Shown here: positions 1 to 13,502 of the stretch, piece after piece
Position numbering within the stretch: position 1 is the first letter of the stretch
How the letters are laid out: the number at the start of each line of letters is the position of its first letter
Assembly: GCA_964016885.1 (NCBI GenBank)
Contig: OZ024747.1
Span: 74,214,001-74,278,000 of the forward strand
Direction: 5' to 3'
Length of the DNA: 64,000 bases
Source: Eledone cirrhosa
Taxonomy: Eukaryota
Position numbers and translations under genes: made by a program
Notes under the pieces: model-generated
What the model saw: the letters and a program-made list of their open reading frames with translations, nothing else
Told to the model about the DNA's origin: nothing
The model's database searches: none

Positions 1-86
1 GTACGTTTTACTGCTCATTCTCTATATAACACTGTTTGATCACAACTGGAAGACTTCTAACAGCTGAATGACATCTCCTATAAGAT

Positions 87-245
87 GACAGTTGGCGGTG
101 AGTTGTTACAACGTTGGATAAATTACTTTGCCGTATACATTCCAGCTTTCTGCTCACTCAGTTCAAATCCCACCGAGGTCAACTTTGCCATCATCCATTC
201 GAGATCGATAAAAATAGTACAAATCAATTACTGGCATCGATTCGT
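87..245 (+). mobile_element. tRNA-derived SINE (family A), diverged copy
   Basis: B-box-like AGTTCAAATCC followed by the core CCGAGGTCAACTTTGCCATCATCC...TCGATAAAATAGTAC, shared with about 10 other copies in the window; followed by (CT)n. Confidence 0.75.
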
Positions 246-275
246 TATCTATATCTATTTATCTATTTATCTCAG

Positions 276-277
<2 letters not shown>

Positions 278-346
<69 letters not shown>
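278..346. repeat. (CT)n microsatellite
   Basis: Direct reading. Confidence 0.97.
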
Positions 347-348
<2 letters not shown>

Positions 349-1543
349 AAGAAATCTGCTGCATTTAGACCGGGAGAGGATTGGGCTCCGCCATGTTTTT
401 AAAAAGGTGCTCTTGGAACGCCGTATGTCAATACAGTGCCCCTGTGGCTCCCTCGCGGGAGTTACGGGACCATAAGACTATCATCAACAAGGTAAATTTG
501 TCTCAAAGATATAGACACAAATGCCATTATATTTGACTGTATATTTTATCATTGTGTGACCTATGAAATAAGTATCAGTCATGTATTCGGGTCAATTAAG
601 TCGACTACAACCATATTTAAACATGTTCCGTTTCTGTGACTAGGTTTCAAATACATATTACGCGATAACGTAATAATTCCATCGATACCCTGATACTGAA
701 GTTTTTATTTAACATAAGGTGGATACCAAGTATCTTGTCTCCTACATATTTTCTAACACATTACTGGGTAATTGCTGGCCTTGGGCCAAAAGTAGAAACA
801 ATTATTTCCTATATGTTTATCGCTACTTTTTCTCAGCCGTTTGAAGCGCTGATTAATCATTTATTTCGGATAAATAACTATATGTTGACATGATATAATT
901 AATATCGCTATAATATATTGAAAGTTGTTTCTATATAGTCTAGAAGCAGTGGGGGACATTCACCTTTCTATTATATGCTTTATGTTTTGCCATATGTTAT
1001 TTACCATTTATGCTGCTGTTGTTATTGTTGTTACTCATGGTTAAGGTGGCGGTGATGGTGGCGTTGATGGTTGTTGTTGTTGTTGTTGTAGTGATAATGA
1101 CCTTTCGTCTGGTTAGTGAATCACGAGAGGCTCTATTTAATCAACTTAAAATTATTGATTTTAGACAAAGATGCGAGTATTCTTAGTGTAAATGAGATGC
1201 TATGAGACGTTATCTCTTCCGAGTTGATTAGGGACTTGAGCTGGGCTGAACACAGCCCAGGATCGAAAATGAGTCGCATATTTAAAGTCATTAGATTTTA
1301 TTCTCTCAATCTGTCTGTCTGTTTGTCTTTTCCTCTCACCCCTCTCTCTGTTCCCTCGTAAATTTCAGGTTGGGTTTGTTCAAAATAACATTTTAATAGC
1401 TGCTGTTGCCGATTATTGTTTCGTAACTGTTCTTGTTACTACGAACCTGACGAATTTGCAGGGTCGTTAGAACGTCGAAGAGAATGCGTCTTCCATCATT
1501 ACCAGATCGGTAGAAAAGTACCAAGCCAGTGCTAGGTCGATTG

Positions 1544-1545
<2 letters not shown>

Positions 1546-1623
<78 letters not shown>

Positions 1624-1700
1624 ACTCTCTGATTCTCACACTCTCTCTCTCTCTCTATCTCTCTATCTCTCTCATTCTCACACTTTCCCTCTCTCCCTCT
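1546..1700. repeat. (CT)n microsatellite with degenerate tail
   Basis: Direct reading. Confidence 0.95.
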
Positions 1701-2206
1701 CTGTTGTTCAGAGAGACATGTCTTCACCAAAATCTAAATGCCACCGACCGTACGTATGACTCTATCAGGTGATATGTAATGTGTCCATATGTCTCATTAG
1801 AAAAGATATCTGCACCACAAGTAATGTTTGTGAGTTTATACCCTCCATTACTGCGGTTCTTCAGGAATCTTTATATGGCATTGATGTCTTTCACCAGAAT
1901 GTAAAAGACAAGGTAAAAATAAATGATAATTCAGTGTATTTCCGTACACTAATAGAAGCTTCTTACAAAATGTTAATTCTTGAACACCGTAAAATATCTT
2001 ATATCACTTATCGACCGTCTTCATAATGTGACTATTTCTCCTCCAATATCTGACTTGATTGATGGTGCTTTTTACTCAGTAATTCTGGGTACTCCTTTGA
2101 AGTCTGTCCATACATGAAATCAATACACAGCATTATAGAGTACAGGTGTTACTGTTAGATAAACACTGCTAATAATCTTCTTTCTTCTTCAACTTTTTCT
2201 CTGCAT

Positions 2207-2480
2207 TCACATACGTTCATGTGTATGAGACTGTGTATATGTTCGTGTGTATGTGACTGTGTGTATGTGACTGTGGGTGTGCGTGTGTGTGTGTATGTTC
2301 GTGTGTGTATGTTTGTGTGTATGTTCGTGTGTATGTGATTGTGTGTATGTTTTTGTGTATGTTCGTATGTATGTGATTGTGTGTATGTTCGTGTGTATGT
2401 GATTGTGTGTATGTTTGTGTGTATGCGTGTGTTTGTTTGTTTGTGTGTGTGTACATGTGTGTGTGTGTGTGTGTTTATGT
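2207..2480. repeat. (GT)-derived compound minisatellite (GTGTATGTTCGTGTGTATGTGATTGT-like units)
   Basis: Direct reading of repeated units. Confidence 0.85.
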
Positions 2481-4119
2481 GTTATTCTGAGAAGCAACGA
2501 AATGGCATTTTTTTAATTGGTTGAAAGCTGGTTTAGCTAAATAAAACACATTAGAGCGGATCATCTCCCAAATTGAGATATCAAATTCTAGATTGAAAAA
2601 AAAAAAAAAAACCCAATTCCTACCTGAATAAACGGCAATTAAATGAATATAGACTGTAATAATAACGGCCGTGACTTATAATCTTTAAATGACTTTTGTG
2701 TTCTCTCTTCTTATATTTATTCCAATTTCCTTCTTACTCCTGTGATATTAATTTAAAAAGTAAAGTAAACCAAATAATGATGTCTTATTATCCTAATCGT
2801 TTTATTTCACCGACGTCCCTTGATGCAGATTGTATGTTAGTAATTAATTCTGACATCTTCACATCAGAGAAACTGGTTGTATTGTGCTTGATCATTGGAC
2901 AAGCTAGAAATTATAGACAGACGGTGTGAAATCCAATTACCAGATTCTTTAACCTATCGGTTCATTCTTGCTAATGAAATTATCATATGTACAAAAGGTT
3001 GCTGTACGTGCGAATCTCGAAGACGCAAAGCAAAATCTCATATATTAAAACCAGGAAACTCTCCTACTACGTCTTATGTTTGCAGACTGGTCAGAGCAGC
3101 AATGAAAACATGTTCTTTTCAGATACTAACATTTACATCCCTGCCAAGATAAAGTTCATTTTTGATACCACGATTTACAACTCTGCAATCTCTAAATCTT
3201 CAGATGCACATTGTAATCAAAATCTAATTGAAGGAATAGTATACCTAGAGGTTATCTGGATATCACATCAGACACCTAATGTGTTAGTGACCTTCACTTC
3301 ACTTTTTATGAACAAAAAAGCGTGACCCTACATAACTCGCTCTCTAGCAGCGTGTGATACCTGCTTGGCATTTACACGTAAACTCTTCCTTACATGTATT
3401 GTTTAAGGCTCAACAGAATATTAACAATAACATTCTAATAAAAATATAGATGTAAATATTTATTATTTTATATCTGTTTAAATATTTACATACATACAAA
3501 CATATATATACACATACATATATATATATATATGGGGGGGGGGTTGTATGTATGTATATATATATATATATATTATTACTATTATTTAATAGAGAAATAG
3601 CTTCTATGTATGTATGTATGTATGTATGTATGTATACAGAGAGAGAGAGAAAGAGATAGAGGAGGGGTGAAGAGGAGATAGAAAGGAGAGGCGGAGAGGG
3701 AGAGAGATAGAGAGAGGGGGGAGATAGAGAGATGTAGGTACAATGTGTAACGATTATTTTTATCAAAATACCACACATATCCATGAGTCTTTAAAGAAAT
3801 AATGTATGTAAGAATCTGAATAGACTTTTGTTCGTTTCGATGTGATTGTTGTTATTGCTTTTCTCTTTCCTTTTTTTTCTCTTTTTTTTTGCTTGATTTT
3901 CAATAGGAAATTTTCAGTGATTGGAGTTGTCACGTTTAAAATATTATTTCGAATTAAAAAAAACAAACAATGTTAATGATCCATTGACTTTTCAGTAGAT
4001 AAAGTTTAAGTGTGAAGAAAATGTTTAGCTTTCAAATTATCAATATGTCAAACATACATTAAATCATCGCCATTTTAATAACACATAGAGATTTGCTTCA
4101 ACCTTAATTGAAATATAGA

Positions 4120-4280
4120 ATAATAATTGTTTCTACTTTTGGCACAAGGCCAGCAATTATTCCAGTGTATTACTGGTACTTTATTTTATCGATCCCGTAA
4201 GGATGAAATGCAAAGTTAAGCTCGGCGGGATTTGAACTCAGAATGGCAACGGCCATAACTCTATGCTGCAAAGCATATCG
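4120..4280 (-). mobile_element. SINE family A copy
   Basis: Reverse complement of the core; plus strand reads TTTTGGCACAAGGCCAGCAATT...ACTGGTACTTTATTTTATCGA...GGATGAAATGCAAAGTT...CGGCGGGATTTGAACTCAG. Confidence 0.85.
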
Positions 4281-4301
4281 ATAATAATAATAATAATAAA
4301 A

Positions 4302-4410
4302 ATAATTGTTTCTACGTTATGCACAAGGCCAACAATTACCCAGTGCATTACTGGTACTTTATTTTATCGACCACGTAAGGATGAAAGCCAAAGTAAACCT
4401 CGGCGGGATA
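4302..4410 (-). mobile_element. SINE family A copy (5'-truncated), tandem with the previous copy
   Basis: Same tail and core as 4120-4280. Confidence 0.8.
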
Positions 4411-4484
4411 ATGAATCTTATATAGTGCTACGATTGTAGGGCGAATATTATACAGGAGAGTGAGATGACACACATAAATACATG

Positions 4485-4692
4485 CATATATACATATATA
4501 TACATATATACATATATACATATATACATATATTCATACATATATACATATATTCATACATATATACATATATACATATATACATATATACATATATTCA
4601 TAAATATACATATATACATATATTCATACATACATACATACATACATACATACATACATACATACATACATACATACATACATACATACATA
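4485..4692. repeat. (TACATA)n/(TACA)n microsatellite
   Basis: Direct reading. Confidence 0.95.
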
Positions 4693-4722
4693 CGAGGGTA
4701 TGCTGATAATTTCGTAGACTAT
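4691..4722 (+). mobile_element. mariner-like terminal inverted repeat remnant
   Basis: TA+CGAGGGTATGCTGATAATTTC resembles mariner TIR starts (TA-CGAGGG...); no partner end seen nearby. Confidence 0.4.
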
Positions 4723-4751
4723 GAAAGTGTGATGCTAGAGCTGTGCATTCT

Positions 4752-4925
4752 TGCAGATTGGCAGTGTCGGTAGAGGGTCTGATGTCATGCTTTGCTGCCC
4801 TTTGTGGTCTTTGTTCAAATCCCGCCGAGGTTAACTTTGCCTTTCATCCTTATGGAGTCGATAGAATAAAGTACCAGTAATACACCGGGATAATTGCTGG
4901 CCTTGTGCCACAAGTAGAAACAATT
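4752..4925 (+). mobile_element. SINE family A copy
   Basis: GATTGGCAGTGTCGGTAGAGGGTC head, GTTCAAATCCCGCCGAGG B-box, GCCTTTCATCCTTATGGAGTCGATA core (resembles Nin/Deu-type SINE core), tail GCTGGCCTTGTGCCACAAGTAGAAACAATT. Confidence 0.85.
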
Positions 4926-5075
4926 AATTTCAATTCTTCTTATTAATAACGGCATTGTTTCCTTCCATGGAGTATGTTTAAAAATAAACCTCATTTGGTC
5001 ATTTCATGAGAGTATCTTGGTCAGCCTATGAACTATTCACTTTATGAACTTTTTAGACTATGAACCTTTCAGCCA
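4923..5075 (+). repeat. Dispersed duplication, copy 1 (copy 2 at 21545-21664)
   Basis: ATTAATTTCAATT..CTTATTAATAAC...AATAAACCTCAT.TGGTCATTTCATGAGAGTATCTTGGTCAG.CTATGAAC occurs at both sites. Confidence 0.85.
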
Positions 5076-5347
5076 ACCTTCGTATCTCCAACTGATTATA
5101 TTTCAAATTCTACTGTAATATTAAATATATTTGAAATATGTCTCTATCTTCTAAACAGTGAATACCAATCTCTATGAAGACAGTTTCAATAATTACGCAA
5201 CATGACAATATTTCTTGGTTTAAAAATGCAGTAACGAGCTCGCTGACTGAAATTGGTGTCTCTGTCATCATAGACACCACACAGAGTCTAAGTATATTAT
5301 AATGTTGGAATTATAATATAGATATATATAGCCTCTCTGTGACTCAC

Positions 5348-5549
5348 CAGATATTTTCATTGACATGGCAGTCCTCTGTAATAGTTTAGTTTCATATATA
5401 GAACGATTCCTTCTGTTTCCATAGATACTTTTAAGTGCGTGACAGATACAACCTTTACATCCAGACAGAGAGGAGACTTAGTATATAGTAGATCAGATAT
5501 TGGTTGTCTCAAGAACTTGATATTTTCACACAAAGCAATAATATTCTAC
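5348..5549 (-). other. Candidate spliced exon (UTR or non-coding; possible start MSMKIS at its 3' end)
   Basis: Minus strand: acceptor TTTATGCTTTTTCTTCAG and donor TG|GTGAGT bracket 202 bp; GCCATG at 5366-5364; no frame is open across the whole exon. Confidence 0.25.
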
Positions 5550-6247
5550 CTGAAGAAAAAGCATAAATATGTTATCTCTACATGTGGCCATCAATGTAGT
5601 TTGGATTATGTGATAACTATGCATGAACTGATCACAATTATTTCCTTGTTTTATTTCTCAAGGAAAGTTAGAAGTGAGTTTCTTGCAAGTGAATAAAAAC
5701 ACATCAAATCTAGAGAACAAACAATAATCGGATCGAATACAACAACAGCCTAAAATTCTGATATGGTTTTGGTATACAAACATATATAAGCTTTCATATA
5801 CACCTATTGTATAAGACTTATGAATCCCTCACGCCACAGTGCTTACGTATGGGTGATAGTGAGGACAGGTGAGAGAATGCAAGACTTATAATTAATGAGT
5901 TCAGAAAAATTGATATTTCACTACAGAAAATGTCTCTGTTTTACGTCTTTACTTTTTATTGACATCGGTTATTGTTCCTGATATTCTTGTATGTAAAGTG
6001 AAAGTCGCTACATCATTGGTTCAAGTTCATACGTCACCACTATCTGAGACAACATGGTCCAAGAATCGAAATCATGACATTAGGATCATAAGCCTAACAC
6101 CTTTACCAGTACGCCACGCGCCTCCCAAATCCTTTCAAACGTCCATTCCGTAAACTTCTATCAATTTCTTTAGCCAATTTGTTGCCATGTAAAGATATAT
6201 CTGTGATCTACCAGCTTGCTCTGTGGTAACAATATTTCTACCATGTG

Positions 6248-6740
6248 CCAACTTGCTCTCATGTAACGATATATCTTCTATGAACCAACTTGCTCTCATG
6301 TAACGATATATCTTCTATGAACCAACTTGCTCTCATGTAACGATATATCTTCTATGAACCAACTTGCTCTCATGTAACGATATATCTTCTATGAACCAAC
6401 TTACTCTCATGTGACGATATATCTTCTATGAACCAACTTGCTCTCATGTAACGATATATCTTCTATGAACCAACTTGCTCTCATGTAACGATATATCTTC
6501 TATGAACCAACTTGCTCTCATGTGACGATATATCTTCTATGAACCAACTTACTCTCATGTGACGATATATCTTCTATGAACCAACTTGCTCTCATGTGAC
6601 GATATATCTTCTATGAACCAACTTGCTCTCATGTGACGATATATCTTCTATGAACCAACTTGCTCTCATGTAACGATATATCTTCTATGAACCAACTTGC
6701 TCTCATGTAACGATATATCTTCTATGAACCAACTTTCTCT
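6248..6740. repeat. 37-bp minisatellite CCAACTTGCTCTCATGTAACGATATATCTTCTATGAA, about 13 copies plus degenerate flanks (~6180-6930)
   Basis: Near-identical tandem units read directly. Confidence 0.97.
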
Positions 6741-7150
6741 GTGGTAACGATATATCTGCCATGTACCAACATGCTTTCATGTAACGATATAACTGTGATG
6801 TACCAACTTGCTCTATGGTATCTGCCATGTACCAATTTACTCGATAATCTTCGATATACCAACATCCACTGTTATAACGATATATGTTCGATACAGCAAC
6901 GTTCTCTTTTATAAAGATATATCTTCGATGTTCTGATATTATGTTCTTATATGTTGAGATATTGGATTCTGTATGATCGTTCCCAAGAACACGATGAATG
7001 TTAGCTATGTCAACAAAACACTGGGAATACATCAGTTATTGATTTATTGATTTATTGATTTCTAGGAAATTGAAAATTTGATATCGCGACTGATGTAACA
7101 ACAGTTATCCAATTTTTGCATTATTTCCTAATATTCTGAACCGAACATAT

Positions 7151-7213
<63 letters not shown>

Positions 7214-7216
7214 CGC

Positions 7217-7297
<81 letters not shown>

Positions 7298-7320
7298 CAC
7301 ACACACACACACACGCGCAC
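7151..7320. repeat. (CA)n microsatellite
   Basis: Direct reading. Confidence 0.97.
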
Positions 7321-7331
7321 AATATTTAATG

Positions 7332-7492
7332 TACCTTTTCTAGCATTTTCTCAAGAATTTGGGTGAGCAGTGCTGTCCCTAATCGGGCTGCTCAGACACA
7401 GGAGTCTCCGCCGGAATTCGCCCCTGTCACAAGAAGACACAACAACAATGTTATGATATATATATGCACCCACAAACAATCCCACACACACT

Positions 7493-7527
<35 letters not shown>

Positions 7528-7539
7528 ATTCACACACTG
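7332..7539 (+). repeat. Left arm of a ~200-bp inverted repeat (right arm 8695-8901)
   Basis: ORFs 7363+ and 8871- translate nearly identically ([31 protein letters not shown]...); the sequences are reverse complements. Confidence 0.93.
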
Positions 7540-7733
7540 TTGGATGGGAGTTGACTATTATGGGTTCCTCAACTCTTTGCCAAGTTTTGTTTTTCATCTC
7601 GCAGGGTATCCAAAATCACCCTCCTCACCCAGCAGACTTGGTGGGGTTGTCGGTTCGGAAGCCGACGACCCGACCTTGCGATAAGTTGTACTGGGTTAGA
7701 TCTTACTAGTAGCGCTCAAGAGCGACCTGATCA
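7540..7733 (-). mobile_element. RTE-like retroposon 5' fragment (family B)
   Basis: Reverse complement of 7897-8036; homologous to 63745-63936. Confidence 0.7.
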
Positions 7734-7777
7734 TACATATTATGTATGTATGTATGTATGTATGTATATACATATAT

Positions 7778-7822
<45 letters not shown>

Positions 7823-7833
7823 CATATATATAT

Positions 7834-7878
<45 letters not shown>

Positions 7879-7896
7879 CATATATATATACATATC

Positions 7897-8447
7897 TCAT
7901 GATCGGGTCGTTGGCGACTAAACTGGCAACCCCACCAAGGTTTCTTGGTGAGGAGGGTGACTTTGGACATCCTGCAGGACTAAAAACAAAACCTGTCAAA
8001 GGGCAAAGGAGTTCTTAAGAGTCAATGGCCATCCAAAATCACCGGGAGACCCCTCAGCCTTTGTCAAGGCAGAATTCTAGGAGAAGGAAAACTCTGATAT
8101 AACACCTGCAACCCTGATGCTGTCCAATGATGTTGACTTGTTCTTCTTTTTGGTAAATATCATCTTGGTTAAGAGAGTGGGACTGGCTTTGTGCAGTGCC
8201 TTTGCTCACTATAAAAGCTTCACGGCACAGGCATTGCTTTATATCTGGAGATCTCTCTGCACTTGTCATCACATGGTACCATGGGCCCAGCACTATGTGT
8301 CAATAATTGTCACAAGTGTAGTGTTTGTACCAGAGTTTTCAAGTCGCTGGCTGGACTAAAAAGTCACACTCGTTCAGCGTATCGGTAAGGGTTCTGCTAC
8401 ATGGATATAAAGTAGTGGCCGTACTCGAAAACGAGTTGGCAGCCACC
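7897..8447 (+). mobile_element. Non-autonomous RTE-like retroposon (family B), ~550 bp, with (TA)n tail
   Basis: Contains CTAGGAGAAGGAAAACTCTGA, a motif typical of RTE-clade 5' UTRs; ends GGCCGTACTCGAAAACGAGTTGGCAGCCA then microsatellite; colinear with 63316-63936 (minus). Confidence 0.65.
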
Positions 8448-8618
<171 letters not shown>

Positions 8619-8694
8619 TGTATGTACGTACGTACGTTTGTATGTATATATATATATACATACAAACGTACGTACTTACATACATACACATATA

Positions 8695-8901
8695 CAGTGT
8701 GTGAATATGTATATATATATATAAATATGTGTGTGTGTGTGAGTGTGTGTGGGATTGTTTGTGGGTGCATATATATATCATAACATTGTTGTTGTGTCTT
8801 CTTGTGACAGGGGCGAATTCCGGCGGAGACTCCTGTGTCTGAGCAGCCCGATTAGGGAGAGCACTGCTCACCCTAATTCTTGAGAAGTTGCTAGAAAAGG
8901 T
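8695..8901 (-). repeat. Right arm of the inverted repeat (left arm 7332-7539)
   Basis: Reverse complement of the left arm with few mismatches. Confidence 0.93.
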
Positions 8902-8956
8902 ATATGTATATATCTATATATGTATGTATATATATATTTACATATATATATACATA

Positions 8957-9052
<96 letters not shown>

Positions 9053-9178
9053 TATATATACATACATATATAGATATATACATATATACATGTATACATA
9101 CATATATACATATATGCAAACATACATACATACAAACATACATACATACATACATATATATATACATACATATATATG

Positions 9179-9238
<60 letters not shown>

Positions 9239-9300
9239 GTACAGCATGTATAGATATGTACATACTTACATACATACATGCATACATACAAAACACATGT
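8902..9300. repeat. (TA)n/(TACA)n compound microsatellite
   Basis: Direct reading. Confidence 0.95.
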
Positions 9301-9807
9301 CACACACATATACACAGTGTCAGGTGTACACAAGTACAAATATATAAACACATCAGCCGACTGGGGCTAACAGTTAACTGGAAAAAGGAAAAAATCTCCT
9401 TTAGTCAATCATTGTTTACTTTGCCACATACTGTGATACAGATATTGACTTTATACAGTGACAATATCAGCTAGTCCTTTATCAATAATGGCGACGAAAT
9501 CTATGAAGTTCTATAACACTAGTCTTTGTCAGCGACGTGGTAACCTTTGAATAGTGTTATCTCACTAGAGACAAACCAATTTATAAAAGCATTGATGAAA
9601 ACGTATAAATATTTATCTATTTCAACTTTGCCAGCCGTAAAATAATTGAACCACATGCGTTTTTCATGTTGTACTTAGGTTTTATTCGTTTTTTTTTTTT
9701 ATTGGGGTTATTTATGTGATCCATATGTGTGGGTATATGAGTAGGTGTGCCTGTGTGAATGTGTGTGAGTGTATGAATGTGTGAGTAAGAGACAGATACT
9801 GTAAACT

Positions 9808-10012
9808 GTTACTAATTTAAGCACAAGGCCATCAATTGTTAAGATGAGAAGTCGATTATACTGACCCAAGTGGTTACTGTTACTTACTTTATCGACTTTG
9901 AAAAGTTGAAACACAGTTGACTTCGACTGGATCTCAATTTAGAAAGTAAAGTGGCGGAGTAAATGCTACAACTCATTGCATCCGATCCACTAACGATTGT
10001 GCGAATCCACTA
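9808..10012 (-). mobile_element. Diverged SINE family A copy
   Basis: AAGCACAAGGCC...AAGTCGATTATACTGACCC...ACTTACTTTATCGAC...AGTTGACTTCG pattern. Confidence 0.6.
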
Positions 10013-10048
10013 ACCTTCTACACATGTGTGCCCTTAAATGTTTACATA

Positions 10049-10115
<67 letters not shown>

Positions 10116-11879
10116 ACATATACTACGAATATATGCAGTTTTTTCTCTACCAAGTTCCACTAAGGAGGTATTTGTCAACCTGATATAATGCTCTAAAAAA
10201 GAACCTCAAATCACATGGTTGAGATGCGAACTCTTTTACCACACAGCTATGCTTACATATTTATCTACGAACTTAAATTATTTGACTAATTTGTTGGTTC
10301 TATAAAGCATACCTTACAGGTGATATGGCGTAATAGAAAAGAACAGTTCTTCAATACAATCTTTCAAATGTAAGAAGGATGAATCATTTTAAAAAGCAAT
10401 CCTGTTTTTATAGATTCCTTTCCAGCCTTGCCTACGTGTAGGTGGCCAGGGAAGATAACTACTGAAAATCTCATTAGGCAAAGTATAGTCTACATGTTTG
10501 CATGAATACATGTTTAAATAGATAGATAGGTATGTATATATATATACATATATATATAGAGAGAGAGTGGTAAGTCATTGGATAGTGTTAAATACATTGT
10601 CAGTGGTGATTTGGCTACCGATATAAAATATGTAAATGAAAAGGAAAAAATAATAAAGTAATATTTAGAGAAAATAAATTGGTGATAACATAATTGAATA
10701 AGACATAACATGAAAACCTGTTAACGTATGTGTACAACAATATGTTGACTGGTTTGTTGGAAGAGCTTTGTTAACTACTATAGAAATAGTTGGAAACAGA
10801 ATCATTTTAACAATACAAGACTTGTTAATACTAAGGTTTTGGTTAGTATTGGTATACAGAGATTTGTGTTGATTAGTTGGAAGAAGAAGATGAAGAAGAG
10901 TGTACATAACATTTGTAGATGTCTCATGACAGATGAGATCGATGTTGTTGGTGTTCAGTATAAAATGATGTTTATATAACTGTAGAGAAATTGCTGCGAA
11001 AGATGTGCAGAAGAATATTTTGGAAAAAGTACTATTTCGGAGGTGCTTAGTAAAACAGTAAGACTGACATCAAAGAAAGGCAACTGCATTTGATAGGCAA
11101 GGGAAATTTGAATACACCATATAGTTTCTGACGAACATATACCGGTTTGTAGCTTGTTAGCGAGTGAAATATAGACTCAGCTGGAAGGTTTTCTTTTTGA
11201 AGCAGTTAACAATATTGTATATCTTCTACTCTGCAAGTGTGTTTAAGCACCGAACTTTATGTGTACATTTGATTTCTTTCCACATGATTTCAACTTCGGA
11301 TCATCCTTGTTTATGCTAGTGGTTCTACGCTGTGGCAACCAACAATTTCTGCTATTTTTGAAATATAACAAAATTATGTAATCAGTTAAAATTCCAAATG
11401 CTAAAACTTCCCTAGACTGCAGTTAATATATTAGGTATTCAAATATTTCAAAATGTGAGACGTGGGGAATATGGTTGCATTAAACACATATAACGACACT
11501 TTCCAAACAAGCAAGTATGATAAGTTATTCGACTAAAAGCTGGCGAATAATAAACGTAACGCTAAACTCCATATATATATATATAAATCGAGTTTTTCGA
11601 ATATTAATAATAATATTCGATTTGTTTGCAATTATGCAAACAGCCTCATTTTTAAAGCCATATCAGTAGTATGAGTCCCTCATTCTTGTTCTTGTGTTGG
11701 CATGTAAACAGAACTGCAGACACTAATGTTTCTAGGCATTTCCCTTCATCATCGAAAAACTCAGATTACATATATTGTATTCAGCCATGTAGAGAGATAT
11801 TTTTTATTTTATTTTATTTATTTATATATATAGGGGGGGGGGGGTCAATAATTAAATACAATAGATATTTCTATTGACC

Positions 11880-12400
11880 AATGCCATTAATTCCCAGCCA
11901 ATAATATTATGCGATAAAATAGCAACAGCAATAAAAATGCAAACAACGTAGAGGCCACGGACACTAATATCAGGCTAAATGAAATATTATTATGCAGCAC
12001 CAGTTACTGTATTTATGAGAAGTGGCCACTCTCTAACATCTGATCCACTATGAATATCAAGAGATAAGGTAAGAAATATTGAAAGAAATAAAAAAAAATA
12101 TAGAAAATAAGAAATTAGATCATTCAATACTGAATAAAATCAATAGGGAAATGGCAAACCTTTAAAAAAAGAAATTAAAGGGTATATAAACACTAGTGAA
12201 ATATAACGTGAGAGAAAAGAATTATCCGATATTAAAGAATGCTTAAAATAAGAGATCATCGCTAAATCGCTAAGAATCAATCGGTATAAAAGGCGACAAT
12301 GATTCTTTGAAGAAACAAATGTTTTTATATGAACCTAAAGAACTTGGTGCAAAGGCATGGACATGATATTTTCAAGGTGAGAGAAGAACGAAGCAATCCA
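11880..12400 (+). pseudogene. Decayed R4/Dong-type (RLE) non-LTR retrotransposon ORF, region upstream of RT
   Basis: Manual translation gives LNEILL/YYAAPVTV and ECLK*EIIAKSLRINRYKRRQ*FFEETN, resembling R4-clade motifs (NxLIYAAAxxV; LKQKIxAKAxRIxRYxKRxxFxRQNxxF); multiple stops. Confidence 0.6.
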
Positions 12401-12639
12401 CACACATGAGAGGTTTTAAAGCAACAAACCCAATACATTAAACATGGTGAGGGTTCCTAATAACACAAGGCGTAGCCAAAACACTGAAAATAAACTGGAA
12501 ATCACCAAATCATGACTAGGATAAAAACCCGAATCAAAATAAAATTGTGCCTAAAAGTAGTATATTCCAAAAGTAGTATGTGTGTGTATATGCGTGTGCG
12601 CGTCTAAAATGTTTATCTCTCAATGCAAATAGGTATAAT

Positions 12640-12815
12640 AATAATCATTTCTACTTTTGGCACAAGACCAGCAATTACCCAGTACATTACTGGTACTTTA
12701 TTTTATCGACCCCGTAAGGATGAAAGGCAAAGTTAACCTCGGCGGGATTTGAACTCAGAATGACAAGGGCCGTAACTCTATGCATCAAAGCATGGCGTTC
12801 GACCCTCTACCAATC
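12640..12815 (-). mobile_element. SINE family A copy
   Basis: Well-preserved core and tail; B-box reads GGATTTGAACTC on the plus strand. Confidence 0.88.
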
Positions 12816-12857
12816 CATCGTCCCCAGGTATAATAATAATAAACGTCGATCACTATA

Positions 12858-13046
12858 AATAATTGTTTCTACTTTTGGCACAAGGCCAGCAATTATCCCA
12901 GTGTATTACTGGTACTTTATTATAACGACCCCGTAAGGATGAAAGGCAAAGTAAACCTCGGTGGAATTTGAACTCAGAATGGCAAGAGCCGTAACTCTAT
13001 GCGTCAAAGCATGGCGTCCGACCCTCTACCGATACTGCCAATCCAA
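12858..13046 (-). mobile_element. SINE family A copy, tandem with the previous copy
   Basis: Near-complete head, core and tail. Confidence 0.88.
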
Positions 13047-13369
13047 AATAATGATTAAGAAAACTCTGGAGATAGAAAATCTTTGGTGACACTCAGGTAG
13101 TTGCGATGTTTTTGTATACTTGTATTAATGTGGTCCTGTGTGAGAAAACCTAAAAATAGTGAAGAGAGAAGAAATATAACAGATGAAGCTGTAAATATGT
13201 GAGTATTGAATAATCTACGTGAAGATTTCAGTTTCTTTATAGAACTTGGTAACTATGATTGTCTTGAGAGTAAAATATAATGCAGCAATTCTTATGTCAG
13301 AAATTCCTGCACACAACCATCATATTAATCATGTTTTCATGCAGACAATCATATTCTACAATCTTCTAT

Positions 13370-13502
13370 TGTGGTTGTTGTTGTTGTTATTATTATTATT
13401 ATCATCATCAATATCATCATCATCATCACCATCATCAACAACATTAGCATCATCATCATTACGATCACCATAATTATTATTACTATTAATATTATTATTA
13501 TT
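13370..13502. repeat. (GTT)/(ATT)/(ATC) trinucleotide microsatellite
   Basis: Direct reading. Confidence 0.9.

Noticed and set aside
2696-3325. Overlapping short ORFs with a Cys-rich patch (CTKGCCTC)
   Set aside because: No recognisable domain or consistent splice structure; at most a decayed TE
12740-12760. tRNA genes suggested by GAGTTCAAATCC B-boxes
   Set aside because: They belong to SINE heads; no cloverleaf structure
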